A stretch of 64,000 nucleotides of DNA from an uncultured Actinomycetes bacterium (GCA_963773825.1 CAVZCH010000005.1:12372-76371); one strand, 5' to 3'. Numbered from the stretch's first letter, positions 39,278-50,603 are shown. A program made the numbers and translations. The notes: a model not told the origin generated them from the sequence alone.

Positions 39278-40692
39278 GGCAGCCACGGCTCCCTCCAGCC
39301 TCCGTGCGGGTGGGTGAGCCGGTCCGCGTCGGCCGGCCCCCAGGTCCCCGGCTCGTACGGCTCGACGGCCGGCGGCGCGTCGATCAGCGGCTGAACCACG
39401 CGCCACATCTCCTCGACCACGTCCTGGCGCGCGAAGTGGAACGACTCGCCGCGGAGCGCGGCCTCGAGGAGGACCTCGTACGCCGTGGGCACCTCCCCGC
39501 CCATTGCGTCGAACTCCATGTCCAGGTCGACCGACCGCAGGCGGCTCATGTCGCTCCCGATCGCCTTCGCCTGCAACCCGAGACGCGCGCCCGGCTCGGG
39601 CCCGATCCGGAGCACCAGCTCGTTCGCCGGCGGGCGCGGTGCGTGGCGCGGGGCGAGCCCGAGCCACGGGGTCGCCTTGAACACGATCCGCACCTCGGTG
39701 ACCGTCACCGGGAGCGACTTCCCCGCGCGGATGAAGAACGGGACGCCCGACCACCGCAGGTTGTCGATCTCGAGGCGCAGAGCGCAGAACGTCTCGGTCT
39801 GGGAGTCGGGGGCGACGCCTTCGACGTCCCGGTACCCGCGGTACTGCCCGCGCACGTAGTGAGCCGGGTCGGCGTCGGCCATCGCGAGGAAGACGTCGCG
39901 CTTGCGGTTCCGGATGACGTCGGCCGTCCGTCCCGCGGGCGGCTCCATCGCGACGAGGCTCAGGACCTGGAGGAGATGGTTCTGGACGACGTCCCGCATC
40001 GCGCCGACCGGGTCGTAGAAGTGGCCGCGGTCGGCGATGCCGAAGTCCTCGCCCATCGTGATCATCACGGCGTCGATGTAGTGCCGGCTCCACATGGGCT
40101 CGAGCACCGTGTTGGCGAAGCGCAGGTAGAGGATGTCCTCGACCGACAGCTTGCCGAGGAAGTGGTCGATGCGGTAGATCTGGGACTCGTCGACCGACGC
40201 GTGGAGCTCGGCGTTCAGCGCCCGGGCGGACGCGAGATCGTGGCCGAACGGCTTCTCGACGACCACCCGGCCGGTCGTCGTGAGCCCTTCCTTCGCGAGC
40301 CCTGCGACGACCGTGCCGAAGAGGGACGGCGGGATCTCGAGGTAGAAGACCGGGCACTCCCTGCCCTCGATCGCCTTCGCGACCTCGGCGTAGGTCGACG
40401 GATCCTGGAAGTCGCCGTGGTGGTAGGAGAGCCGGCCGGCGAGCCGCGCGAACACGTCCTCGTCGAGCTCGTCGCCCTTCGCCGTGATCGAGTCGCGGGC
40501 GTGCGCGATCAGGTGGTCGAGGGTCCAGTCGTCGAAGGCGACGCCGACGATCGGGCAGTCGAGCCGGCCGCGGGCCTCGAGGCGGTAGAGCGAGCGGAAG
40601 GTCATCACGCGCGCGAGGTCGCCTGTGATGCCGAAGATCACGAGGACGTCTGCCCGGTCAGGCCCTGCGCCGGGGGGTCTCTCGGCGGCCAT
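39274..40692 (-). CDS. zwf: Glucose-6-phosphate 1-dehydrogenase
   Basis: IFGITGDLA, VEKPFG, YRIDHFLGK, RDVVQNHLLQ, RWSGVPFFIRAGK. Confidence 0.95.
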   Translation of the reverse strand: MAAERPPGAGPDRADVLVIFGITGDLARVMTFRSLYRLEARGRLDCPIVGVAFDDWTLDHLIAHARDSITAKGDELDEDVFARLAGRLSYHHGDFQDPSTYAEVAKAIEGRECPVFYLEIPPSLFGTVVAGLAKEGLTTTGRVVVEKPFGHDLASARALNAELHASVDESQIYRIDHFLGKLSVEDILYLRFANTVLEPMWSRHYIDAVMITMGEDFGIADRGHFYDPVGAMRDVVQNHLLQVLSLVAMEPPAGRTADVIRNRKRDVFLAMADADPAHYVRGQYRGYRDVEGVAPDSQTETFCALRLEIDNLRWSGVPFFIRAGKSLPVTVTEVRIVFKATPWLGLAPRHAPRPPANELVLRIGPEPGARLGLQAKAIGSDMSRLRSVDLDMEFDAMGGEVPTAYEVLLEAALRGESFHFARQDVVEEMWRVVQPLIDAPPAVEPYEPGTWGPADADRLTHPHGGWREPWLP

Positions 40693-40746
40693 CGGCGGAG
40701 CATCTCAGGTTCCGCCGATCAGCACCACTGTCATGATGGACGGCCG

Positions 40747-42424
40747 ATGCCGTCCCTCCCCGCCCTCGACCCGCGCCTGCTCGGGCGCGCCCGGGCGGTG
40801 CGGGCGCTCCTCGTCGTCGATGCCGTTCTCGGCGTCGTCGTGGCGCTGCTCGTCCTCGCGCAGGCGGTGCTCCTGGCGCGTGTCGCCGCGCGCTCCTTCG
40901 CAGGAGCGTCCCTCGCGGAGGTCGGTGGGCCGCTCGTGCTCCTCGGCGCCGTGGTGGTGGCACGCTCGCTCGCCTCGTGGGGGTTCGAGGTGGCCGGCCG
41001 GCGGGCAGGGGTCGACGTCGCGTCCCGGCTGCGGCTCGACCTCGTCGAGGCGCGGCTCCGCGGCCGTCCCGCGGCGCTCGACGGCGCCGAGAGCGCGGAG
41101 GTCGCGACGGCCGCGGTGTCCGGCGTCGACGCGCTCGAGACGACGTTCGCCCGCTACCTGCCGCAACTCGTCCTGGCGCTGGTCGTCCCGCTCGCGGTCC
41201 TCGCGCTGGTCGCCTCGATCGATCTCGTCGCCGCCGGCGTGATGGTCCTGACGCTCCCGCTGGTCCCGGTCTTCATGTGGCTCGTCGGCCGCTACACGGA
41301 GCGCCGTGCCCGTGAGCGGTGGCAGGCGATGAGCCTTCTTGCGAACCACTTCCTCGACGTCGTCCGCGGCCTCCCCACGCTGCGGGCGTTCAACCGCGGT
41401 GAGGCACAGGCGGAGAGGATCGTCGCCGTCAGCGACGAGTACCGCCGGGCCTCGATGGGAACGCTGCGCGCGGCGTTCCTCTCCGGAGCGGTGCTCGAGC
41501 TCGCAGCAACCCTGGGGATCGCGCTCGTCGCCGTCGTGGTCGGTGTCAGCCTCGCCGACGGCGACATCGGGTTCGAGCCGGCGCTGACGGTGCTGGTGCT
41601 CGCACCCGAGCTCTACCTCCCGCTGCGCACCCTCGGGGCGCAGTTCCATGCCAGCTCCGACGGCGCGGCCGTCGCGACGCGGATGCTCGATCTCTCGGAG
41701 GGCGGTGCGGTCTCGACCGGAGGGCGGGCGATCGCCGACCCCGCCACGGAGACCGTGGCCTTCGAGGGCGTCACCTTCCGCTACCCCACGGGCGACCGGG
41801 ACGCGCTCCGCGACGTCGACCTCGAGCTCCGTCCCGGGCGAGACCGTGGCGCTCGTGGGGGCGAGCGGCGGCGGCAAGAGCACGGTGGTCTCGCTGCTCC
41901 TGCGCTTCGCGGAGCCCAGCTCGGGCCGGATCGCGGTCGGGGCCGACGATCTCGCCGACCTGGACGCCGCAGCCTGGCGCAGGAGCCTGGCGTACGTCCC
42001 GCAACGTCCGACCCTCTTCCGCGGGACGGTCGCCGACAACATCCGCTTCGGCGACGCTGCCGCCGACGACCTGCGCGTTCGTCGTGCGGCCGAGCTCGCC
42101 GGGGCCCACGACTTCGTCTCCTCGTTCCCCGACGGGTACGCGACCCTCGTCGGCGACGGCGGCCGTGGCCTCTCGGCCGGCGAGCGCCGCCGGATCGCGC
42201 TGGCGCGCGCCTTTCTGCGGGACGCGCCACTCGTGATCCTCGACGAGCCCACCGCCGACCTCGACCCGTCGAGCGCCGTCCTGGTCCGCGACGCCGTCGA
42301 CAGGCTCCGCGTCGGCCGGACGGTGCTTCTCGTCGCGCATCGGCCCGAGCTCGTGGCTGTCGCCGACCGTGTCGTCACCATCGACGACGGGCGGGTCGTC
42401 CACCCCGCCGCCGAGGCCGCGTGA
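40747..42424 (+). CDS. cydD: Thiol-reductant ABC exporter subunit CydD, one frameshift ~41835
   Basis: FARYLPQL, LPLVPVFM, FLDVVRGLPTL, APELYLPLR..GAQFHA, GASGGGKST, LSAGERRR, ILDEPTA. Confidence 0.9.
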
Positions 42425-44072
42425 GCTCCACCGTCCGTCGACTCGAGGCTCTTGCCGAGCTGCCCCGTGGGCGTGCCGGCGTCGCGCTCGGGCTCGGCGC
42501 CCTCGCGCTCGGGTTCGGCATCGCGCTGCCGACCACAGCCGGGTACCTGATCTCCCGCGCGGCCGAGCAGCCACCGATCCTGTCCCTCACGACGATCATC
42601 GTCGTCGTCCGCTTCCTCGCACTGGCGCGTCCGCTGACCCGGTATCTCGAGCGGCTGTCGTCCCACGACCTGGCGCTCCGCGCGCTCGGGCCGCTCCGCG
42701 CCCGCGTGTACCGGCGCATCGAGCCGCTCGCGCCGGCCGAGCTCGACGCCTTCCGGCGCGGCGACCTGCTGACGCGGATGGTGGGCGACGTCGACGCCCT
42801 GCAGGGGCTCTACCTCCGCGGGCTCGGGCCCGCCGGTCGCCGGCCTCGTCGTCGCCGTCGCGTGCGTCGTCGCGACCGCGCTCCTCTTGCCGACCGCGGC
42901 GCTCGTGCTCGCGGTCGGCCTCGCTCTCGGCGGTGTCGCGGTGCCGCTTCTCGCGGCAAGGCTCGTGCGACGGGCCGGCCGGCGACAGGCCGCCGCTCGC
43001 GGGGAGCTGACGGCAGAGCTCGTCGAGCTGCTGCGCGGAGCGCCCGAGCTCGTCGCATACGGCCGCGAGGACGAGGCCCTGGAGCGCGTCCGGGCCGCCG
43101 ACCGCGAGCTCGTCCGCCTCGCCCGTCGCGACGGGCTCGTCGCGGGCCTGGCCGACGCAGCTTCGATCGCAGTCGCCGGCCTCACGACGGTCGTCGTGCT
43201 CGCCGTCGCGGTGGCCGCGCACGAGACGGGCACGCTCGACCGCGTGCTCGTCGCCACGCTCGCGCTCCTGGCGCTCTCCTCCTTCGAGACGGTCGCTCCG
43301 CTCCCCGGCGCCGCGCGCGAGCTCGTGGGGACACTCGCGGCCGGACGGCGGGTCCTCGAGCTGACGGCGCGCGAGCCCCGGATCCGAGACCCCGCCGACC
43401 CCGCCCCCGCGCCGGTCGCACCGGTCACGGTGGCGATCGAGGATGTGACCGCGCGCTACCCGGGCGCGGCCACACCCGCCGTGCAGCACGTCGAGTTGCG
43501 GCTGGCGCCGGGCGAGCGTGTCGCTCTCGTCGGCCCGAGCGGCGCCGGGAAGACGACGGTCACGAACCTGCTGCTCCGCTTTCTCGACCCGGAGGAGGGC
43601 CGCGTCATGCTCGACGGGCGCGACCTCCGCACGCTCAGGCAGGAAGACGTCCGCCGCACGTTCGCGCTCGCAGGGCAGGAGGCGCACGTGTTCGACTCGA
43701 CCATCCGGGAGAACCTCCGGCTCGCCCGCCCGCGGGCGACCGACGAGGAGCTGCGCGGACGCGGTCGCGCGCGCACGGCTCGCCGAGTGGGTGCAGACGC
43801 TTCCCGACGGGCTCGACACGCTGGTCGGCGAGGACGGGGCGCGGCTCTCGGGCGGCCAGCGCCAGCGGCTCGTCGTCGCGCGCGCGCTCCTCGCCGACGC
43901 ACCCGTGCTCCTGCTCGACGAGCCGACGGCGCATCTCGACCCGCCGACGGCAGAGGCACTCGTCCGCGACGTCCTCGACGCCGCGGACGGACGCTCGGTC
44001 CTGCTGATCACCCACCGACCCGAGGGGCTCGACCTCGTCGACCGAGTCGTGACGCTCGACCGGGCGGGCTGA
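42421..44072 (+). CDS. cydC: Thiol-reductant ABC exporter subunit CydC, frameshifted
   Basis: GYLISRAAEQPP, RYLERLSSHD, GDLLTRMVGDVD, GPSGAGKT, LSGGQRQR, LLDEPTAHLD. Confidence 0.9.
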
Positions 44073-44099
44073 CCGTCTCGGCCGTTCGGCCGAACCGCG

Positions 44100-44669
44100 T
44101 CAGCCGGCGGTCGGTGCGGCGACCGGGACGACGCCGAGCCGCTCGAGCTCCGCCAGCACGAGCGCGACCGACTCCTCCGGCTGGAGCGCGACCGTGTCGG
44201 CGACGACCTCCGCGTCGTCGGGCTCCTCGTAGGGGTCGTCCACCCCGGTGAACTGCGTGATCTCGCCGGCGAACGCCTTCGCGTAGAGGCCCTTCACGTC
44301 GCGGCGGGCGCACTCCTCGACCGGCGCCTTGACCCACACCTCGACGAACGGGCCGTGCTCGGAGACGAGCCCTCGCACCCGCTTGCGGGTCGCGTCGTAG
44401 GGCGAGATGGCCGCGACGACGACCGCCGCGCCGTGCCGCGTGAGTCGCGAGGCGACCCAGCCGATCCGCTCGATGTTGGTGTCGCGGTCCTCGCGCGAGT
44501 AGCCGAGACCCTTCGAGAGGTGCGTCCGTACGACGTCGCCGTCGAGCACCTCCACGTGGAGGCCGCGGCGCTCCAGCTCGGCCGCGACCGCGCGGCCGAT
44601 CGTCGTCTTGCCCGCCCCGGAGAGGCCGGTGAGCCAGACGGTGAAGCCGGTCTGCGCGGTCGACGCCAC
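44100..44669 (-). CDS. cysC: Adenylyl-sulfate kinase
   Basis: [44 protein letters not shown]. Confidence 0.92.
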   Translation of the reverse strand: MASTAQTGFTVWLTGLSGAGKTTIGRAVAAELERRGLHVEVLDGDVVRTHLSKGLGYSREDRDTNIERIGWVASRLTRHGAAVVVAAISPYDATRKRVRGLVSEHGPFVEVWVKAPVEECARRDVKGLYAKAFAGEITQFTGVDDPYEEPDDAEVVADTVALQPEESVALVLAELERLGVVPVAAPTAG

Positions 44670-45368
44670 GGCGGAGTGGTACCAGAGGCCGCGGCGGCGG
44701 GCGCCGACGTCGGCAGGAATGGCGGCGTCATCCCTCCGTTCCCGCCCCGCGCTCGGATGCAGGAACGGCACCGCGGCGGGCTCGAGCTCCCACCCGGCGC
44801 GGAGGACCGCCGTCAGCGAAGGCGGCGTGACCAGCTCGACCGTCCCGGCCGGGCGCGGCTCCGCGAGGGCGTAGCCGGCCACCGTCCACGGCAGAAGGGC
44901 ATCGCCGAGGACGAGCTTCGGCATCCCGTCGTGGAGGACGAATGCGCCGTCGGGAAGGTCGTCGATCGTCGCTCGGTGGAGGCGCCGCTCGCGCGTCGCA
45001 GGGTCGAGCCGCTCGCGGTGGAGGCGTACGTCGATCGTGTCCGCTCCACGCTCGCCGTGAAGCTCGCGCCAGAAGTCCGCGAAGCGGTCGTAGTCCGCCC
45101 GCCGGCACTCGGCGCACGGACGGTGGCCCGCCGCGAAGGCCGTCGCCTCGTCGAGGAAGAAGAGCTCGGTGAACCGCCCGGGTCGGAGGAGCGGCGTACG
45201 CCGCCGGCCCCGGAACTCGAGACGGCAGGCGATCCAGCGCCGCACCTGGTACACCCGCCGGATCCGGCCCTCGGCGTCGTGGAGGCAGCCGCGGTTCCCG
45301 TAGACGAGGCCCCGCGCGGGGTCGGCGACGAGCTCGCCGAGCGGGGTGACCCGGTTCCGGAGCGGCAT
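44670..45368 (-). CDS. Conserved hypothetical Cys/His-motif protein, in frame with cysC in this assembly
   Basis: [11 protein letters not shown]...GNRGCLH...WIAC...[25 protein letters not shown]; TACCGT-N7-ATG. Confidence 0.7.
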
Positions 45369-45434
45369 GCCGTCCACGGTAGACACGCGCGGGTCGTAAC
45401 CCCGCGACAACACGGACGCCGCTAGCGTTCGGCC

Positions 45435-46048
45435 ATCGACTGGACGCTCTTCCACTGCGGTGAACAGCGGCGTCGCCACGCGCGAGTGGCTCGAGGACCC
45501 GACGACCGCGATCGCAGACCTGGCGGTACCTCTCTACGCACTCGCCACCGTCGGCCTGTGGTTCCTCGCCCGCCCGTACGGAGGGGCACGCTGGAAGCTC
45601 GCCTCGGCATCGGGCCTCGTGGCGGCGGCGGTCGCGCTGCTCGCGAACCAGGCGATCTCGCATCTGTGGGAGCGACCCCGGCCGTTCACGACCCACGCGG
45701 CGATGACACACGTCCTCGCGGCGCGGACCACCGACCCGTCGTTCCCGAGCGACCACGCGGCCGCGGCGTTCGCGATCGCCTTCGCCGTCCTCGCGTTCTC
45801 AGCGACGAGTCGGCGCGCTGTTCCTCGCGACGGCGACGCTGATCGCAATCTCGCGCGTCGCGCTGGGGATGCACTACCCGGGCGACGTCCTGGCAGGAAT
45901 GGCGGTCGGGCTCGCCTCCGCGACCCTCGTGACGAGGGCCGGACGGCCGTGGATCATGCGGCTCGTCACGCTCGTCAGCCGGGTGTCCGACCCGTTGCTC
46001 CGGCCGGTCTGGGACCGCGTCCGGCGGCTGGCGCCGTCGCGTCCCTGA
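45435..46048 (+). CDS. PAP2 family (undecaprenyl-diphosphatase-like) phosphatase, frameshifted
   Basis: [25 protein letters not shown] across frames. Confidence 0.82.
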
Positions 46049-46191
46049 GCCCGGGCCGGCTGCGCGCTCTTCCGAACGCCCGAACCGCATCGATGCGGGT
46101 GCAGCGTCCGTCCGCGACCGCAAGGCTCGAGGGACGAAACGACGGGAGCGGCCGCCGAGGCGCCCTCCCGCCGGACGACGGACGACCTCCG

Positions 46192-47106
46192 CTACCGGCT
46201 GCCCGGAGGGTGGACGCCGTCGCGCACCCAGGCGACCATCTCGCCGATCTCCCGCTCGGGGTCCGAGCCGAGGTGCCCCGCGTCGTCGACCTTCACGACG
46301 CAGCCGGGAACGTTCGCCGACAGCCACTCGCCGTGTGCAGGGGGCGAGAGCACGTCGGCGAGGCCGTACCAGACGAGCACCGGGACGGTGATCGCGTCGA
46401 CCGAGAAGCCCCATGGGGCGACCATCGCGAGATCGTCGTCGACCCAGCCGTCGACACCGGTCTCGGCCTGTTCGGCAAACGACTCGCGGATGATCTGCAT
46501 CCGCTCGGGTCGAGCCAGCTCGGCTCGGTCGGTCTCGCTCAGCTCGAAGCCGCCGAGAACGGTGGTCGGATCGACCGCCACGCGAGCGGCCATCTCCGCG
46601 AGCTCGCGCTCGAGCTCCGGAAACAGCACGTCCTCTCCCGCCATCGCCCAGCCGAACTCCCGGATGTTGCCCGGATCCTGGCCGGCGAGCCACGCCTCGC
46701 GCTCCAGTCCCGGCGACCCCAGCGGCGCCACGCCGACCGTGCACGCGGCCCGGACCACGCGGTCGGGAAGGAGCGCAGCGCATGCGAGCGCGTGCGGGCC
46801 TCCCCCGGATGCGCCCGACACCCCGAAGCGTTCGAAGCCGAGGTGCTCGGCGATGGCGGCCACGTCGTCCGCCTCGTCGGCGATCCGCCGCCCGCGCCTC
46901 CGGTCGGATCGCCCGTATCCGGCCCTGTCGTGTGTCACCAGACACACGCCGAGCCGTCGGTACAGATCCTCGTCCGGCCACCGTTCGAGCCTGCATCCGG
47001 GCGTGCCGTGGAGGGCCATGATCGGGAACCCGGCGGGCTCGCCCCACATGGCGAACGCAAGCGTCCGGCCGTCCGGGGTGACAACCGTCCTGAGAGGCTC
47101 GCCCAC
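46192..47106 (-). CDS. Alpha/beta hydrolase
   Basis: LHGTPGCR, DRAGYGRS, GASGGGPH, WYGLADV, DAGH. Confidence 0.9.
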   Translation of the reverse strand: MGEPLRTVVTPDGRTLAFAMWGEPAGFPIMALHGTPGCRLERWPDEDLYRRLGVCLVTHDRAGYGRSDRRRGRRIADEADDVAAIAEHLGFERFGVSGASGGGPHALACAALLPDRVVRAACTVGVAPLGSPGLEREAWLAGQDPGNIREFGWAMAGEDVLFPELERELAEMAARVAVDPTTVLGGFELSETDRAELARPERMQIIRESFAEQAETGVDGWVDDDLAMVAPWGFSVDAITVPVLVWYGLADVLSPPAHGEWLSANVPGCVVKVDDAGHLGSDPEREIGEMVAWVRDGVHPPGSR

Positions 47107-47187
47107 GACGCACGGACGTTACTCCAACTCTCGCTGTCCGACGACCCCGTTCGGCGCGCTCGTCCCGCGCCGGGCCACGTCACCCGG

Positions 47188-47961
47188 TCACGTGCCGTCG
47201 CACGGAGAAAGCGACTCGAGCACGCGAGCGGTCACGGACGATCGCAGCGTGTCGAGTGGAGCGGCGACCGTGAGCCCCGACCGCGGGTCGGTCGTGAACG
47301 CGATCCCGACGATGCGGCCCCGAGCATCGACGACCGGTCCTCCGGGCTCGTCGTCGGCGAGGGCCGACGTCAGGCGCAGCACCTTGCCGCGAACACCGAA
47401 GGGCGCTCCGGCGACGCTGTCCACGACGACGCCCGTGAGCACGCGCGGCGTCGCGGAGAGCGGATACCCGACGACCGCGACCGACTCGCCGGATGCCGTG
47501 CTCGGCCCCGCCGACGCCGCCCGCGGAAGCCTGCCCTCGACACGGGCGACGACGAGCTCGCCGAGACGGTAGACGCGCGCCGCGGTAACGCTCCTCGTCG
47601 TTCCGCTCCGGGGCGTCACCTTGAGAGGAGCCGCACCCGGGACGACCTCGCGATCGGCGACCAGGAGCTTCGCGCCGAGGGCGAAGCCCGATCCCGTCCG
47701 GATGCCGTCGCAGCCGGTGTTGCGGATCCTGAGCTTCGCCGTCCGCACCTGGCGCCTGACGCGTGCGGGGGACACATTCGCGACGGTCGCGGCACGGGCC
47801 TCGACGGCCGGATCGGCCTCGACCAGGCCGGGGGCCGCGAGGCGCACGTTGCCGCTCGGCGCCGCGTCCACCACGAAGAGCCCGCATCCGGGGATGAGGA
47901 CGAACGCCGCGATCCCCGTGACCAGGAGGCCGAGGATCGCCCATCCGGGCCCGACGATCAA
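47188..47961 (-). CDS. Membrane-anchored trypsin-like (S1C) protein with degenerate catalytic residues
   Basis: TGSGFAL..LLVADREVV, VAVVGYP, DDEPGGPVVDARGRIVGI; TTGA overlap with upstream stop. Confidence 0.7.
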   Translation of the reverse strand: MIVGPGWAILGLLVTGIAAFVLIPGCGLFVVDAAPSGNVRLAAPGLVEADPAVEARAATVANVSPARVRRQVRTAKLRIRNTGCDGIRTGSGFALGAKLLVADREVVPGAAPLKVTPRSGTTRSVTAARVYRLGELVVARVEGRLPRAASAGPSTASGESVAVVGYPLSATPRVLTGVVVDSVAGAPFGVRGKVLRLTSALADDEPGGPVVDARGRIVGIAFTTDPRSGLTVAAPLDTLRSSVTARVLESLSPCDGT

Positions 47962-48494
47962 CCGGATTGCCTCAGGTAGGCCTCGAAGCTCGCGCTCGCC
48001 GTCGAACAGCTCGCCGCGCGGGCCCGCGCTGCCGCGGTCGCCGAGCGCTGCGTCTTTCCCTTGGTGACGGCGCCCGAGCCGACGAGCTTGGCGCACGCGT
48101 CGAGCTTGACGCCGATCCTCTGGAGCCCGGCCAGCCGGGCCTGGAGCCTGCTCCGCTCCTTCGCGAGGCGGGCGTTTTGGCTCGCGAGCTCTCGCTGTCG
48201 CCGGGTGAGCGTGCCGACGCTCGCCTTGGAGCGCTGCAGCGCGGTGCCGTTGGACTCGACCCGCGTGGCCAGCTGGTTGGCCTGGATGGTCCGCTGGTTG
48301 AGGGCGCGACTTCGCTGCACGATGACGGCGCGGAGGCCGGCCACGGACTCCTCGGCGACGATCGCGCGCCGGTGCCAGTCCTCCGCGCGATCCTTGTTCG
48401 ACTTCGAGGCGCGTGCGAGCGGGACTGCCACGACGAGGACGGCGAGCGCGACGAGCGCCAGCTTGACCTTCCAGCCTGTCAGCTCCAGTTCCAT
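47958..48494 (-). CDS. Membrane-anchored coiled-coil protein
   Basis: N-terminal hydrophobic helix, long heptad-rich region, two C-terminal Cys; GGAG SD. Confidence 0.65.
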   Translation of the reverse strand: MELELTGWKVKLALVALAVLVVAVPLARASKSNKDRAEDWHRRAIVAEESVAGLRAVIVQRSRALNQRTIQANQLATRVESNGTALQRSKASVGTLTRRQRELASQNARLAKERSRLQARLAGLQRIGVKLDACAKLVGSGAVTKGKTQRSATAAARARAASCSTASASFEAYLRQSG

Positions 48495-48813
48495 CGGCTC
48501 TCCCGCGTCGTCGACGCCTGCGTCAATCGGGGTCGTGTCTTCCCTGTATCGGGTGACGGTCGCCGATCGACTCACTCGAACGAGGGATGCGGCGCCGGGC
48601 GACGATCGCGCGCGCCGTCGGCGCGGGCGGGCGGCCGGTGAACGCAGCCGCGGTGCCACGGCGCCGAGCCGCTCCCACCGCGAGCCCGGGAGCCGGAGTG
48701 TGGCTTCGGGGAGGGTCGGCCGCGCTTCAGCCTGCCGCCGGGCGCCGCGACCGGGACACCGAATCGTGCGCGAACCGTGGACGCAGCCGCCCTCGGTCCC
48801 GTCCGCGCAACCC

Positions 48814-49566
48814 TCAGCCTCCTGCGAGAGCGCTGTTCAGCGCGGATGCGGTCTCGGGCCCGACCACGCCGTCGGCGGAGAGGCCGTTGTCCTCCTGGAA
48901 GGCGACCACGGCCGCCTTCGTCGTCGGCCCGAAGGTGCCGTCGACCGCGCCGGGGTCGTATCCCGCGCTGATCAGAGCCTGCTGGAGCTCGCGGACGAGT
49001 GCCGGATCCCCTTCGCCTTGCCGGAGCTTCGTGCCCTCGGGGAGGGTGAAGGCACCGGAGGTCGTCGGCGGTGTCGTCGGGGTCGGGGTCGTGGTCGTGC
49101 CCGTGCCCGAGGAGCCGGATGAGGGCGTCGTGGTCGTCGGCGTCGTCGCCGGCGCGGTCTCGATCGGCGTCGTGGTGGTCGGTTGGTTGACTGGGCTCTC
49201 CTCTTTCTGGTCGCCGCTGCGGAGGAGCAGCACGGTTATCCCGACGCCGAGCCCGAGGAGGACGAGGAGCACGAGCCCTGCCGTGTACCGCCGCCGCTCG
49301 ATCGTCGCGCGGCGCGCGTCGGCGGCGTCCGGCGGGCCGATCGGGCGAGCCGGGTCCGGCTCCTGCTCGGGCCAGGAGTCGCCCGTGGACGCGGGCGGGC
49401 CGTACCGGTCTACCGCGGTCGCTCGACTCGCGGGCTGTCGCGCCGCGCCCTCGCTCCAGTCCTCGTCCGAGATCTCGCCGAGCCAGTCGTCGGCCGGCTC
49501 GTGGCCCTGCGCTCCTGCCGCGCCCGTCGTCGAGCGCTGCTGCTCGCGGGTCCGTGTCTCGCGCAC
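48814..49566 (-). CDS. Membrane protein with C-terminal peptidoglycan-binding domain (PG_binding_1)
   Basis: TM, Thr/Pro linker, LRQG...VRELQQAL...DGTFGPTTKAAVVAFQEDNGLSADGVVGPET. Confidence 0.85.
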   Translation of the reverse strand: MRETRTREQQRSTTGAAGAQGHEPADDWLGEISDEDWSEGAARQPASRATAVDRYGPPASTGDSWPEQEPDPARPIGPPDAADARRATIERRRYTAGLVLLVLLGLGVGITVLLLRSGDQKEESPVNQPTTTTPIETAPATTPTTTTPSSGSSGTGTTTTPTPTTPPTTSGAFTLPEGTKLRQGEGDPALVRELQQALISAGYDPGAVDGTFGPTTKAAVVAFQEDNGLSADGVVGPETASALNSALAGG

Positions 49567-49725
49567 CCCCCCAATGCTAGGCGGCTTTCCGGCCGGGTAT
49601 GAAGAGCATCCGCTGCGCGACCGGCCGGACGCCGCGGTCGGGGCACGTTCCGCCGTCCCCCGCGCCCCGGGCGGGCAAGAGGCGGGTCGGGCGGGCGCGA
49701 CCCCGGACGTCGCCGCGGCTGCGGC

Positions 49726-49989
49726 TCAGGCTTCGACGAGGATCACGAGCGTCTCGGCGACGACGCCGTCGTGGGCCATCGCGTCGGCGGCGGCCTCCGT
49801 CTCCATCGCGGCCATCATGGCATCCATGTCAGGAACGTCCATCAGAACACCGACCCGGGCGGGGTTCTGCGGGTCGACGAACGTCCGGATGTTCGTGACG
49901 CCGAGTGGGCCGAAGAACTCCTCGCGCCTGGACGACGCCAGCCAGTGATCCTTGTCCTTCACGTCGTGATAGCCGATGACGGTGGGCAT
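49726..49989 (-). CDS. Small conserved hypothetical protein
   Basis: MPTVIGYHDVKDKDHWLAS...; GGAGGAG SD. Confidence 0.75.
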   Translation of the reverse strand: MPTVIGYHDVKDKDHWLASSRREEFFGPLGVTNIRTFVDPQNPARVGVLMDVPDMDAMMAAMETEAAADAMAHDGVVAETLVILVEA

Positions 49990-50064
49990 TGCCTCTCCTC
50001 CGTGTTCGATGACGGCGCACACCGGCGCCGGTCGCAACCATACGCCCCACCCGTCCCTCGCGGC

Positions 50065-50535
50065 TCAGTCCGGTGCATCCTCCGAGGAGGAGGGCTCCTC
50101 CGCCACGCCCCGTAGCGCCTCGTTGAGCTCGTCGAGCATCTGCTCGTAGTCCCCGAGCGGTCGAGCGAGCCGTCGCTCGAGAGCGACGTAGGCGTCGAGG
50201 AGCGCCGGATCGGCGGCTGCCGTAAGCGCCTCGCCTCGCGCGGTCAGGCCGAGCAGGTAGGAGCGGCCGTCGGTCGGGTGCGCGGACTTGCGGACGAGGC
50301 GGCGGTCGACGAGTCGCTGGACGTTGTCGGACAGCGTCGTCATCGGCACGCCGGACGCCGCCGAGATCGTCGACGGGCTGACGGGCGCATGGTCTCGGAC
50401 GTGCGTGAGAAGGGCGAGCAGGTAGGCCGGCACGCCCACCGGCTCCAGCTGGCGCTCGACGATCCGCGAGACGTACTGGGCGGTCGTGGCTGCTTTCAGG
50501 AAGAGCTGCCTGTCCGGCATCGGCGGTCGGATCAT
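50065..50535 (-). CDS. MarR family regulator
   Basis: SPSTISAASGVPMTTLSDNVQRLVDRRLV...HPTDGRSYLLGLTARG. Confidence 0.88.
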   Translation of the reverse strand: MIRPPMPDRQLFLKAATTAQYVSRIVERQLEPVGVPAYLLALLTHVRDHAPVSPSTISAASGVPMTTLSDNVQRLVDRRLVRKSAHPTDGRSYLLGLTARGEALTAAADPALLDAYVALERRLARPLGDYEQMLDELNEALRGVAEEPSSSEDAPD

Positions 50536-50603
50536 ACGAGCCCTTGACCACTAGTACGTCAACGGAATAGTTTTATTCCGTCAACGTAGTAAAAGAGGAC
50601 ACC

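Noticed and set aside
39304-47979. Very long ORFs such as 39304..44007 (+), 40705..43428 (-) and 45460..47979 (+)
   Set aside because: Shadow or antisense frames typical of high-GC DNA, stitched to real genes by indels
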